NCBI GenBank assembly: GCA_951406725.2
Contig: OX597818.1
Location: forward strand, 88,412,001-88,476,000
Reading direction: 5' to 3'
Length of the DNA: 64,000 bases
Origin: Octopus vulgaris
Taxonomy: Eukaryota
Numbering within the stretch: the first letter of the stretch is position 1; each line of letters starts with the position of its first letter. Of the stretch, positions 42,601-54,769 are shown in pieces. The notes beneath the pieces were generated by a model, which was not told the DNA's origin, ran no database searches, and saw only the letters and a list, made by a program, of their open reading frames with translations. A program made the translations under genes and the position numbers.

Positions 42601-43409
42601 AAGAATGAAATGTCGATTTGACGTTAATTTGACGTTCGAAACGTTTGTTTTCCCAACGTCACAAACGTTGATTTGACGTTTGCAATATAATTGGTGTGAA
42701 AGCTTTCAGATTTTTCATTAATTTTTTGCTTTCTCGGTCTTTTTCCGTCGATCAGCTATTCATTTATGATTATTTTCATTTATGATTCTTTTCAATAAAT
42801 CGTTGAATATATTTACCAGCATCTTGTAAGTACCCGTTTCCTATATTTACCATTTTTATCATTTCCCCGTTGCTTCCAAGATTTTATATTATGCTATTTT
42901 ATTTACGTATGTATGATTTGTCAAGTCATATTTAAGTTACTTTTTTGGTTACATATTTCTTCCCAGGATTGTTCAGCTTTTGTAAAGTTTTTCTTTTTTT
43001 TTTTTGTTGTTTGTGTTTATTTTCTATTTTTGCCTTTTAGCATTATCAACCATAACACTTTATCTTTTTGTCCTCACCAATTCCCTCCCATCCACAATTC
43101 TACTTTCTTCTACTGTTACCGCAGCGTTGGTCTCTGTTACGTTCTTCTCTAATTCGCGGTAAAATCATTTTGGGCTGGAGATTATGTTTTTCTCCAGAAA
43201 GGAAGAAAAACAAAACAAAACAAAACAAAACTAAAACTAAAGGCAATAAAGAAAGAAAGGAAAAAAAAGAGAAAAAGAAAAAACAGATCTAAGATTCTTT
43301 GTGATTTTGCGAAGATCTTGTCTAATGCGTTCATTGTTTTCAGGTAAGTTTTCTTTTTGTTATTTTTATATTTCAGTAATAATGTTTGTCTTGCTTTCCT
43401 TTTTTGTTA

Positions 43410-43543
43410 TTTATCATCATCATCATTATCATCACCATTCATCGTCGTCGTCGTCATCATATCATCATCATCACCATCATCATAACTACCTCCACTATCA
43501 TTATCATCATCATCTTCTTCTTCTTCTTCTTCTTCTTCTTCTT

Positions 43544-43624
<81 letters not shown>

Positions 43625-43722
43625 GTTATTATTATTATTATTATTATCGTCATCATCGTCATCATCATCATCGTCGCCATCATCATCAACATCATCATCA
43701 TCATCATCATCATCATCACCAT
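43410..43722. repeat. Compound (ATC)n/(TTC)n/(ATT)n repeat
   Basis: Directly visible. Confidence 0.95.
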
Positions 43723-44683
43723 TGTTATGGCTTGGTCTGTTTACTTTTTCTATCTCATTAAGGATTAAGAGATCTTATACTTTATTTGCTATCATTATAC
43801 ATACACAAGATGCTTTTTATTCACCCGCAACATTGTTTCTTTCGGTTTAGATGTTTGTATACGAGATATGGTTTAAGAGATACCCATTTTGTATTGTGAC
43901 TACTATTACTACTACATGGATTACTTGATTTATACGAGGGATATTGCCTTTTGCAAATGTTGCCAGTATGTCTACGATATCTCACATTCTGTTGTTTATT
44001 AATTGTAGAAGCTGTTTTATCAGCAACTTTTATTTTTGAGAGCGTATTGCGTTGATCCTTAGCAAGATCTCCTGTAGCTACAAAATCTTTCTAATAACCA
44101 TACCTACCGTCTTAAAAATGGAAAACTAATTTGGATAATGTAGTTCGGTTGTTCTAGAACTACATTACTCAATGTATTCAGATTGCAAAACGAAATAAAA
44201 AATCTTATACGTAACGTCCTAAAAAGGAAGAACCATTTTGCATAATGTATTTCTATATTTCTAAAACTACGGTATTCAATATATCCATTTTGCCGGCAGA
44301 TTTATCCTACACCCAACGTTTTAAAAATAGCAAAAATATCCCACCTATCGTCTCCAAATCATACCTTTAAAAAAACTTACTCATCATTTTAAAATTTTAT
44401 AGCCGGCCGCCAACACTTTTTTCTGCAAAATAGGAGTAGCTTATCCTGTTCAGACTATATTATTAGCATCATCCTGCGTTTGAGAATTTAAAATCACTTC
44501 TTTAACTTTCTAAGTCATCTCAACGCTTCTAAAGCAAATTTCGTTTGTTTATTTACGTCCATCGTAATTTGAATTTAAAAACTATAACTTAAACGATATC
44601 CATTTGATGATAATTTTTCTTTCTTCTCGAACAGGAGAAATATTGGATAAATTACTCTCACAAAGCGGGAAAATTTGTCAAGA

Positions 44684-44755
44684 AGCAGCCATAGTATTCG
44701 AACCGAATTCCCTCAAAAACGCCAGTTGAGTGCTTTAACATTAAGCTAAACTGCC
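44684..44755 (-). pseudogene. tRNA-like pseudogene or SINE head with apparent GGC (Ala) anticodon
   Basis: GGCAGTT/GGCTGCT acceptor stem, GCTT/AAGC D stem, CTCAA/TTGAG anticodon stem, GGTTCGAAT B-box; T stem mispaired. Confidence 0.5.
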
Positions 44756-45074
44756 GGGTGACAAATTCATACTCAAATTTATGGGCTATAAAGCTAAATG
44801 CACAATTACGTGTATATGAATATAAAACAAACTAACATATGTATTTTGTAAGTATCGAAATGTGCATCGTACGATACAATTAGATGATAATTTTTTTTTC
44901 GTACAAAGAAATTTTCCACTTTGTAAGCGTAATTTACTCAATATTTATGCTGTTCTAATGGTGTTTCTGCATTCGAAAAAAAATACCATACACATTTCGA
45001 CGCTTTTACTGCAACATTCAGTTATATTCACTCGAAATTTCATTACCCTTAACTACAGAAGTCAATTTTATATA

Positions 45075-45277
45075 CTCTTTTACTCTTTTACTCTTTTACT
45101 TGTTTCAGTCATTTGACTGCGGCCATGCTGGGGCACCACCTTTAGTCGAGCAAATCGACCCCGGGACTTATTCTTTGTAAGCCCAGGACTTATTCTATCG
45201 GTCTCTTTTGCCGAACCGCTAAGTGACGGGGACGTAAACACACTAGCATCGGTTGTCAAGCAATGCTAGGGGGACAA

Positions 45278-45308
<31 letters not shown>

Positions 45309-45475
45309 CATATATACGACGGGCTTCTTTCAGTTTCCGTCTACCAAATCCACTCACAAGGCATTGGTCGGCCCGGGGCTATAGCAGAAGACACTTGCCC
45401 AAGATGCCACGCAGTGGGACTGAACTCAGAACTATGTGGTTGGTTAGCAAGCTACTTACCACACAGCCACTCCTC
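45075..45475 (-). mobile_element. SINE family A, young full-length copy
   Basis: Complete head, CORE-like segment, microsatellite linker and (GTAAAAGA)n tail. Confidence 0.92.
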
Positions 45476-45609
45476 GAACTATCTTTGTAAAGGAATATCT
45501 AGCTTGAAACTATTTTATTTTCAAATATGTCAGGCTGATTGGGGAAACGTAACTTTCAGGAAATGCCATTTGTATTTTTTGATACATTTTAATATCATTA
45601 TTAGAATAA

Positions 45610-45815
45610 AGGCGGCGCGCTGGCAGAATCGTTAGCACGCCGGGAAAAATGCATATCGGCATTTCGTCTTTATGTTCTGAGTTCAAATTCCGACTTTACC
45701 TTTCATCCTTTCGGAGGTCGATAAAATAAGTACCATTTGAACACTGCATATTGGTGTAATCTACTTAACCTTTCCCCCCGAAATTGCTGGCCTTGTGCCA
45801 AAATTTTAAACCAAT
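45610..45815 (+). mobile_element. SINE family B monomer
   Basis: ggcggcgcgctggcagaatcgttagcacg head and core. Confidence 0.8.
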
Positions 45816-46052
45816 ATTATTACTAGAATAACAATGAAGTTTAATTTCTCAGTTAAAGGATTAAAAGAACAAAACAAACAATACGTTTCATCGTAAAACC
45901 ATAAAAGTTATGCTTTGAAATAAAACTCCATACATATCCTCATAGACATGAAGAACGATTTTGGACAATGCTGTTTTGTCATTCCAGAACTACATTATTC
46001 AATATGCTCAAATTATCGGCAAAAATATTCCATTCAAACCGTTTTAAACATA

Positions 46053-46220
46053 GGCGCAGGCAGTGACTGTGTGGTAAGAAGTTTGCTTCCGAACCACATG
46101 GTTCCGGGTTCTGTCCCACTGCGTGGCACCTTGGGTAAGTGTCTTCTACAATAGCCTCGGGCTGACCAAAGCCTTGTGGCTGAATTTGGTTGACGGAAAC
46201 TGAAAGAAACCCGTCGTATA
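46053..46220 (+). mobile_element. SINE family A, 5' half
   Basis: ggcgcagg...ccacatggttccgggttc...gacggaaactgaaagaa. Confidence 0.85.
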
Positions 46221-46332
46221 TATACATATTGTTGTATTTCGAGACGGTCATTTTTGTTTTGCCAAATAAACACACGCACTATATATTCGTTCTTCACTCG
46301 TTTATTACGGTTCTTATTTTAACTCATATCCA

Positions 46333-46379
46333 TTGTCCGGAAATCTTTCGTCACACATCTGTGACCTCTTCAGCGACAA
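46333..46379 (-). ncRNA. Minimal type I hammerhead ribozyme motif
   Basis: Reverse complement TTGTCG-CTGAAGA-G-GTCAC-agatgt-GTGAC-GAAA-GATT-TC-CgGACAA: canonical core, 5-bp stem II, 6-bp stem I with one bulge, UUC triplet. Confidence 0.7.
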
Positions 46380-46436
46380 GGATCGGGATGCAAAGGGTAA
46401 GTTTCTAGCATTTTCAAATCTACAATTTCTCGAAAT

Positions 46437-46494
46437 ATTATGTTGATGACGGAAATGAATTTGTATAATTCTAATCCAGAAACGCGTCCATAAT
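46437..46494 (+). ncRNA. Minimal type I hammerhead ribozyme motif (C3U variant)
   Basis: ATTATG-TTGATGA-cGGA..GAATT-tgtat-AATTC..TCCa-GAAA-CGCG-TC-CATAAT: perfect 6-bp stem I, CGCG palindromic loop, GUC triplet; first stem II pair mismatched. Confidence 0.65.
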
Positions 46495-47517
46495 TAATCG
46501 AAGACTGTTTGATTTCGTTATCTTTTCTTCTTTTTGCCTATGTGAGTTACAAATATTGTTATCTGTGAAGTCATATCTGCAGTGAAAAGGAATTAGCTGT
46601 CTTTGGCTGCTATTTCTAAATTTTCGGTATGTGGTGAAGCAACTTGTTGCTAAACCCTAAATTATATTTAATTATATATATAAAAAATACTTTTTGTAAA
46701 AGTTTCTACCGATAATGGTTCTCTTTCCATAACGAAACTACTTGGTAAAATTTATTAATTATTAAATTAATAATTCTTTATCCTATATCTGTAAATATAT
46801 ATAGTTTACAGGTAGAAACATCAATAAAGTACTCCATCCAGAGCGAGATAAATACATACAACCGGCTTCCTCACAGTTTCTGTCCGACAAATTAACTTAC
46901 GATTAATTGATCCGCCTGGGGCTATAGTAGAACCCATTTGCTCAAGGTGTCGTGCTGTAGGATTGAACCCGAAGCCACATTGTTGCGAAACAAGCTTGTT
47001 AAGCACAGATCCATTGCCTACAGCTTATAAATAATGAGAATTTTATGCCTAATTTTCACTTATATTTCTTCAAAACAGCAAGTTTGTATAATAGAAGTAG
47101 GGGTGGTTTCCGGTGAGGTAGTAACAAACGAGTTAATGAGTTATTAAATATTGATAAATATTTTTCGACTCCTAACCTACTGTCCAAACTAAAGATAGGA
47201 CAAATCGCTTAATAGATTTCCGACCTGGATGGATACCAAAAGGATAGCTCTAAAAATGACAGAACAGTCACAGCTGAAATTGCCTTTTAACATAATTCTG
47301 CACGATCACAATTGACTTGGATATACATTGCAAAAATAAAAATTAAAAAATAAAAAAAGAAAGAAAGAGAAAAACAGAAAAGAATGAACGAAAGCTTATC
47401 AATCAATCAATCAAGCAAACAAACGTTGAATAACGGCGGCGCCTAATATTGAGGTCTTTTGATATGTTGACTATGAAGTGATGGTGATGCACAATGTTTG
47501 CGAAGAGATGATGATAA

Positions 47518-47521
47518 GTGT

Positions 47522-47563
<42 letters not shown>

Positions 47564-47669
47564 CGATGATGATGATGTCGACGACGACAACGATGATAAT
47601 GATGATGATGATAACAATGATTATGAAGACGACGTTGATGATGACGACGACGACGACGACGACGACGAC

Positions 47670-47713
<44 letters not shown>

Positions 47714-47792
47714 CGATGGTGGTGGTGATGATGATGATGATGATGATGACGATGATGATGACGACGACGATGATGATGACGACGACGACGAC

Positions 47793-47840
<48 letters not shown>
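47518..47840. repeat. (GAT)n/(GAC)n repeat
   Basis: Directly visible. Confidence 0.97.
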
Positions 47841-48097
47841 ACTGATAATAATTCTGCGCTAGATATGAATGCGATGATAAGCATGTAGAGGCTGTGTTTA
47901 CACCATTCCTACAAGATCAATTATGGCATGTTTACAAGAACTCAACACTCTGAGGAATAGAAATTATAACATGTCAAGAGGGATTTGCGTATACAGAGTT
48001 GTGACTATTGTTGCGGTTTCTGCTACTTGCTATTGGTTGCTGTGCTAAATGTATCTCTCTTCAACTCTCCCCTTCCTCCATTCTATCCTTCGCCATT

Positions 48098-48152
<55 letters not shown>

Positions 48153-48284
48153 CTCTTTTTCTTTTTCTCTACTTCGTTCCCCCCCTCTCTCTCTCGCTGT
48201 TATAATTATGAGCGTCCTTGTGGGTGTTTCTGTATAAACACTTATATAAGCACAAACACACACGCACACACATACGCACACATG

Positions 48285-48321
<37 letters not shown>

Positions 48322-49160
48322 ATATATTCATATATTCCTATATGTATATTGATATTGATGCACGCATATTTACAAAACACATTTATATATGTGTGTCTGT
48401 GCATGTATTCATATATAATACACAGACATATAGAACATATTGGAGAGAGAGAGGGAGGAATGAGAAAAGAGAGTGAGTGAGTGAATAAGTGAGTGAGGGA
48501 ATGAGTGAGTGAGTGAGTGAGTGAGTGAGTGAACGAGTGAGTGAAGAAGGGACAGGGGTGAGATTACGAATCAAAACCCTACGAAACACGATGGCTTTCT
48601 GCACTTCAACCACCACCACCACTACAACCATCACCACCATATGCCACGGTATGTTTTGTTAAACTTTAACCCAACGGAAGTCGAAGGGCGTTTTTTTTTT
48701 TCTGAAAATATCAATACTTATTTTTCACTTTCATTTCCTCGATCTCTCATTTATATCAGGATTTCTATTGGATTTTTATACAAACTTTAACCAAACAAAT
48801 TAACCTTTGAACCTTTGAAATGATTCACCTTCCACCTTATTGTCAGATTCTATCAACAAACAAATCAATACGTGACTTTGGTGGAAAAATTTACATAAAT
48901 TCACGGGGCGCATGCATAACAGTGAGAATGCAAATAATAACGTATCTATTTAGTCTTAATTCACGCATCAGTAAAAGAAAATGTTTGCTGATTAAGATAA
49001 ATAAGTGATCATGTTCTTCTCAGATTCGTCAGTCCGATGTCCTAGCTTTGGCTGACGAAGCACACAAAGTCGAAGCAACGCGTTGCCACAAACTCTTCTT
49101 TACAGTGGTAAGTCTCATGTATTATGAACACACGTCGTTACTCATCAGACCGGCGTAGTA

Positions 49161-49213
49161 ACTTTGACTGAGAAGATATGTAACAAGGTCGAAACGCTTT
49201 GGTGTTTCAAAGT
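49161..49213 (+). ncRNA. Type I hammerhead-like motif with full stem III (G8A core deviation)
   Basis: ACTTTGA-CTGAGAA-GAT..GTC-GAAA-CGC-tttg-GTG-TT-TCAAAGT; perfect 7-bp stem I; decayed sister copy at 49447-49499. Confidence 0.5.
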
Positions 49214-49674
49214 CCCATTACACCCGTGAAAAAATGTGATATATGAATACACATAATTTAATACGAGGAAGTGTTCTCCGATGATGAAAAACAACAGTGA
49301 GTAGATATTTACATGCTAATCTTCCATAACGTATTAGAAATGAATAGATAGTGTTATTGTTTGAATTGTCACAGTTCTATGCGCAATCCATGAATTACTA
49401 TCTGCTTGCGCATCAGTAAATAATATGCTTGTTGACCGCTGCCGCAGCTTTGAATGAGTAAATACACGATAAGTTCGAAAAACTGTTGAGTTTCAAAGTC
49501 CCTTTACAGCAGTGAATATGGATTAGGAATTTCATTATTCCAAACTAGCTGTAAAAAAGAAGAAAATGTGAAGAAAAAAACTAAAATAAAGACATAAAAC
49601 TTGAACTCATCCGTGTACTAAATGAAATGTATAAAAGAAAAGCTGTTCAACATATATACAAAAAAATATATATG

Positions 49675-49830
49675 TTGAAAACAAAAGACGAAGAGAGTTG
49701 AAGGAACAACAAGCAGGTGTATTAGTTTGACGCTTGGGAAGAATGGAAAAGTCTTCGATGTTTTGAGCCTACACTCTTCGACAGAAAGGATTGAGAGGGG
49801 AAAAATAGAGAGAGAAAGAATGTGTTGGGA
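49675..49830 (-). mobile_element. HHR family 1 element, decayed copy
   Basis: Reverse complement cctttctgtcgaagagtgtaggctcaaaacatcgaaga at 49752-49789. Confidence 0.6.
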
Positions 49831-49876
49831 TACATACATACATACATACATACATACATACACACATACACACACG

Positions 49877-49921
<45 letters not shown>

Positions 49922-50056
49922 ATATATATATATACATATACACACATATATATATATATACACACACATTATATATACACATACACACACACCCATATAT
50001 GTGTGTGTGTATGTATATATATACATGTATAAACACATATATAATTATTCATTTAA

Positions 50057-51085
50057 AGGTTGCTACATTCGTATTAACGAGCTACTAATAATTTCATATG
50101 TTGAGAAATCTCAGACATATTCTGCAGGCGCAAACCACATATCATAACGAACTAAAGAAATTAAATAATAGAAAAAATGCGAAAATTTTGAGAAGACAGC
50201 GTATAGGAAACGCAGGCAGTAAAAAAATGGAAAACGAAAAACGGAAAACGAAAAACAGAAACTAAAATGCCAAAAATAAAAAGTAAAAATATAAAAGATC
50301 TATCTTAAATGATAAGCCTGGAAAGATATCAAGTCCATCAGGAACAGACGGAATTTTCCGACTCTTCAAAATATATTTATACGTATGCATGCAACCACTG
50401 AAAATTTCTGACCTGGAGTTCAATAGATATCTTTCCAGCCTTATCATTTAGAGTCTATCTTTTTGCATTTTAGTTTCTGTTTTCCGTTTTCCATTTTCCA
50501 TTGTTTACTGTCTGCGTTTTCTATACGCTGCCTTTTCAAATTTTTCGCGTTTCTTCTATTATTCAATTTATTTAGTTCGTTATGATATGAGGTTTGCGCC
50601 TGAAGAATATGTTTGAGTTTTCTCAACATATAGGCGCAAGAGTGGCTGTGTGGTAAGTAGCTTGTTTACCAACCACATGGTTCCGGGTTCATTCCCACTG
50701 CGTGGCACCTTGGGCAAGTGTCTTCTACTATAGCCTCGGGCCGACCAAAGCCTTGTGAGTGGATTTGGTAGACGGAAACTGAAAGAAGCCCGTCGTATAT
50801 ATGTATATATATGCGTGTGTGTGTTTGTGTGTCTGTGTTTGTCCCCCTAGCATTGCTTGACAACCGATGCTGGTGTGTTTATGTCCCCGTTACTTAGCGG
50901 TTCGGCAAAAGAGACCGATAGAATAAGTACTGGGCTTACAAAAGAATAAGTCTCGGTGTCGAGTTGCTCGATTAAAGGTGGTGCTCCAGCATGGCCGCAG
51001 TCAAATGACTGAAACAAGTAAAAGAGTAAAGAGTAAAAGAGTATATGAAACTATTAGTAGCGCTTTAATACATGTATTGTGACCT
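50057..51085. mobile_element. Foldback, Kolobok-like non-autonomous DNA transposon with roughly 270-bp TIRs, interrupted by a SINE
   Basis: TTAA|AGG ... CCT|TTAA; left arm 50057-50330 is the reverse complement of 50426-50630 plus 51044-51085; 95-bp spacer. Confidence 0.7.
50633..51043 (+). mobile_element. SINE family A, full-length reference copy (tRNA-derived, CORE-like)
   Basis: A-box tggctgtgtgg, B-box gggttcattcc, ccttgggcaagt, tail gaaacaagtaaaagagtaaagagtaaaagagta. Confidence 0.92.
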
Positions 51086-51999
51086 TTAAATAAATAATAT
51101 TTATATCTCACCAGATGGAGTACATTTTTTGTTGAATTTTCTATCACGGATCAGTATATTATATATGTGTGTGTGTGTGTGTGTGCGTGCGTGCCTGCGT
51201 GCGTGTGTGTGTGGATGTATATATATAAATATAAAAATGGAACAAAAATGCAATAGAGGGCATCAAAACGCTTGGACAAATAAACGATGCAAAGGCGGAT
51301 ATATATATATAAAGGGGTTTGTATGATTGTATATGGAAGAATATATTACTCAAAGGAATTCCAACTCTGTTTTTCACGTTTTATTTATTATCTTATAATA
51401 GTAATATAAGATTACATTGGTGAAAAAGGGTCAACTATCAAAGAGCTAAGCATAGAGAAAACTCTGAATCTAGATTAAATACCTATTGCGTTGATTCACT
51501 TTTGAGGGGATAATATTGCTGAGGCCATTCATCAGCTAGTTCTGCCTGTATGCCTGTATGTCATGGCAAGTCTGTCCCGTAAGACTGGGTTAATCCAATT
51601 ATATTTTACATTTACAAACGTAAGGGCTCCAAGCATGAAAACCTGCTCGAGTCGCTAGGACTAGTTATGTCTAAGGTTTTGTAGAATCGATTAAACAAAA
51701 TGGATTTGCCCTGATGTCCTCTTTGAGACTCAGTGGGAATTCAGAGCTAGGCAGGGAACACTGGACATGCGGCATTTCGTCTGTCTTTATGTTCTAAATG
51801 CGAATTTCGCCGAGGTCGACTTAGCCTTTCATTCTTTTGGCGTCGATAAATACCTGCTGAGCACTGGAGTCAATGCAACCGATTGAAATCTTGCTGGCCT
51901 TGTGCCAAAATTTGAATCCAATATTTGCATGAAGAAGATAAATATCATGTACGCACCATTTGTTGGGGAAAAATTTGTGTAACCACATCTTCGTAGGAG

Positions 52000-52850
52000 A
52001 TAAAACAACACATAGCAGAGATGGCACTCTTGACGCCAAAATACCGTATTTTAACGTGTATAAGGAACCCTTTTTTGTTAAAAATTAGGTTTAAAAATAT
52101 GGGAGTTTCTTTTACATGGATAGTATTATAATCCCTTACAAAACCTTTTTTCTAAATTTTAAGCCCCCCAAATTAGGGGTTCCTTATAAACGAGGATTCC
52201 TTATACATGTCAAAATACAGTAGACCATAGGACTGCGAAAGCTAGTGTTGCTTTTCGGAAACTCGTAAAGCAAGTCTGGTCAGCTCAGGACATCACAAAA
52301 ATCGGAAAGCTCTGTTTATGAGGCCCGTGCCCTTACAGCCCTGCTCTAAGGGTGCGAAACGTGGACAATACATAGGCATTGTATCAAGCAGTCGTGAAAG
52401 ATTTATCGTTATTGTAGCCGGCGTACAGTGATGCTCTTACATATCTGATACTGTTATGCTTAAGGGGGGCAGTACCAATATTGAAAAAAGAATTATTTTA
52501 AACCAGATGCTCTGAGCTGCACGTGTTACCAGAATAGAGGATGAAAGGAGGCCTAAACGGGTTTTTTTTTCTTGAGGAGCTGACCAGTGGGAAGAGGCCA
52601 CAGCATACACAAAGTAAATGATTTAAGGATGTGATAAAAAGCAGGCATTGGCTGAAAACCGTGATTATCAGGAATAGATGTGAGCAAGGGTGAGTAGAGC
52701 GTACTGCTCTGAAGTGTTTACTCCATTAGCAAGACTCAATAGAAGTGTCTCCAGAATTTGTTTGGAATGGAGATGCAATGTGTCTGGACGATTTCTTCTC
52801 TCAAGAGCTGGGTTGATCATCCACCTGCGCTCACATGAAGAACGGAAAGA
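52000..52850 (+). mobile_element. Decayed RTE-BovB-like LINE 3' fragment
   Basis: SRDGTLDAKI|DHRTAKASVAF, GCETWT, RIEDERRPK, ELTSGKRP and terminal SRAGLIIHLRSH. Confidence 0.75.
52044..52220. mobile_element. Tc2/pogo-type MITE inserted in the RTE fragment
   Basis: TA|ccgtattttaacgtgtataaggaacc ... ggattccttatacatgtcaaaatacag|TA. Confidence 0.8.
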
Positions 52851-53226
52851 TCAAGGCAGCTTATGGGATGATACTTCCGTCATGTTCTCTGCGACACACA
52901 TATGTGTAGGTTAATTTGCAAGTCAGACGGTGGCCTGACCAGGCATGGTAAATGTATATGAGGTTACATCGCGGCCGGTGATACCAGGTGACAGACAGTT
53001 CATGTGTGAAATCTATAATCTTTATTATAGAACCGAAGCTGGATTGTAGAGCCATATTCACATGGTCGTGCAAAGTTCTATGAAGGGATAGCACTCTTTC
53101 CATGAGAAGGAGCAATCGGTATACATCATACCATGGGCTCCCTTAACTTCTTGAGGAAACCATATGAACGCAGTTGTAAGATACGGCGCTGTCTTGAGCA
53201 TTTTAAATCTGGCAGAGCCTGTTCCT

Positions 53227-53265
<39 letters not shown>

Positions 53266-53334
53266 CGCACACACACAAGCGCATACAAACACACACGTAC
53301 ACAAGCACACATCTACAGACACATGCCTACACAT

Positions 53335-53412
53335 ATTTATATGTATGCATACAACCACTGAAAATTTCTGACCTGGAGTTCAATAGATATCTTTACAGCC
53401 TTATCATTTAAA
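53335..53412 (+). mobile_element. Internal fragment of the 50057-51085 foldback family
   Basis: caaccactgaaaatttctgacctggagttcaatagatatcttt identical to 50392-50434. Confidence 0.75.
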
Positions 53413-53833
53413 GTTGGTATATCTACTATAATTTTCTTTCATTTAATTATTATTTCCCCTCACAGCGAAATTACTCCGAAATGTAAACAGGCGTAAACAA
53501 ATATTTAAGTCTAGCTGTGGTAACTTTGTTTTACCAATTCCGATTTTCACAGATAGTCATACAAAAACGGTGCCGTCTGGATATGAAAGATATCCTCTTT
53601 TTTTTTGTTTGCAAATAATTCTTGTGATGTGTAATTCTTTTTCTCAGTGGTTTTAATTCTGCCATGCAATTTTCTTACAAATGACTGACGTTTTTTTCTA
53701 AGGATCATGTTACGTCTATTGATTTTTTTTTTTTGTGAAAAGTCATATCAGATGCAAACTCAATGTGAATCTATCTCACTGCAGTTAGATGCGTTATTGA
53801 CATTATATGTATACATGCGCGTGTGTGTTTGTG

Positions 53834-53882
<49 letters not shown>

Positions 53883-54038
53883 CATATTCACATATACAAA
53901 CTCATGCAGGCATACATACAGACACGCATACAAACGTTTCATACGTATAAATGAATAATTTATCTGGTATGGATTTTAGTATACATATATTTTTGTTCTT
54001 ACTTCGCATATTCATACATACATACATACACACACACA

Positions 54039-54102
<64 letters not shown>

Positions 54103-54190
54103 TGGTGTACAAAGATTATAAATAACACGAAGACGAAGTAATAAAATAAGTGTTTTAGGTTTACGCTGAGGAAATATGTGTGTATGTATG

Positions 54191-54278
<88 letters not shown>

Positions 54279-54302
54279 AATGTATATATACATGTATGTA
54301 TG

Positions 54303-54368
<66 letters not shown>

Positions 54369-54542
54369 AATGTATATATACATATATATATGTATGTATA
54401 TATATATAGAGAGAGATGTATATGCATATATATGTGTGTGCGTTTGTGTGTATAGATAGATATACATGAGTACATACATACACACACACATACATACACG
54501 AATGTACATGTAATCATATTTGTATGTATGTGTGTGTGTGTG

Positions 54543-54580
<38 letters not shown>

Positions 54581-54769
54581 TATATATATGTGTATATATA
54601 TGTGTGTGTGTGTGTTATGCAAGATAAATTCATAAATTCTTGATTTATTGAAATTATTTCTGTTTTCAAAGAGAGTAAACTAATCGCTTTTGTGGCAAGT
54701 GGCTTGAATTCCATATGTGAAGATGTGATAATTTCAAGAACCAACAATTTTCTATGATAAAAAATTGAC

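Noticed and set aside
42612-42682. Threefold tttgacgtt repeat resembling CMC/EnSpm subterminal motifs
   Set aside because: Too short, with no TIR or TSD to define an element
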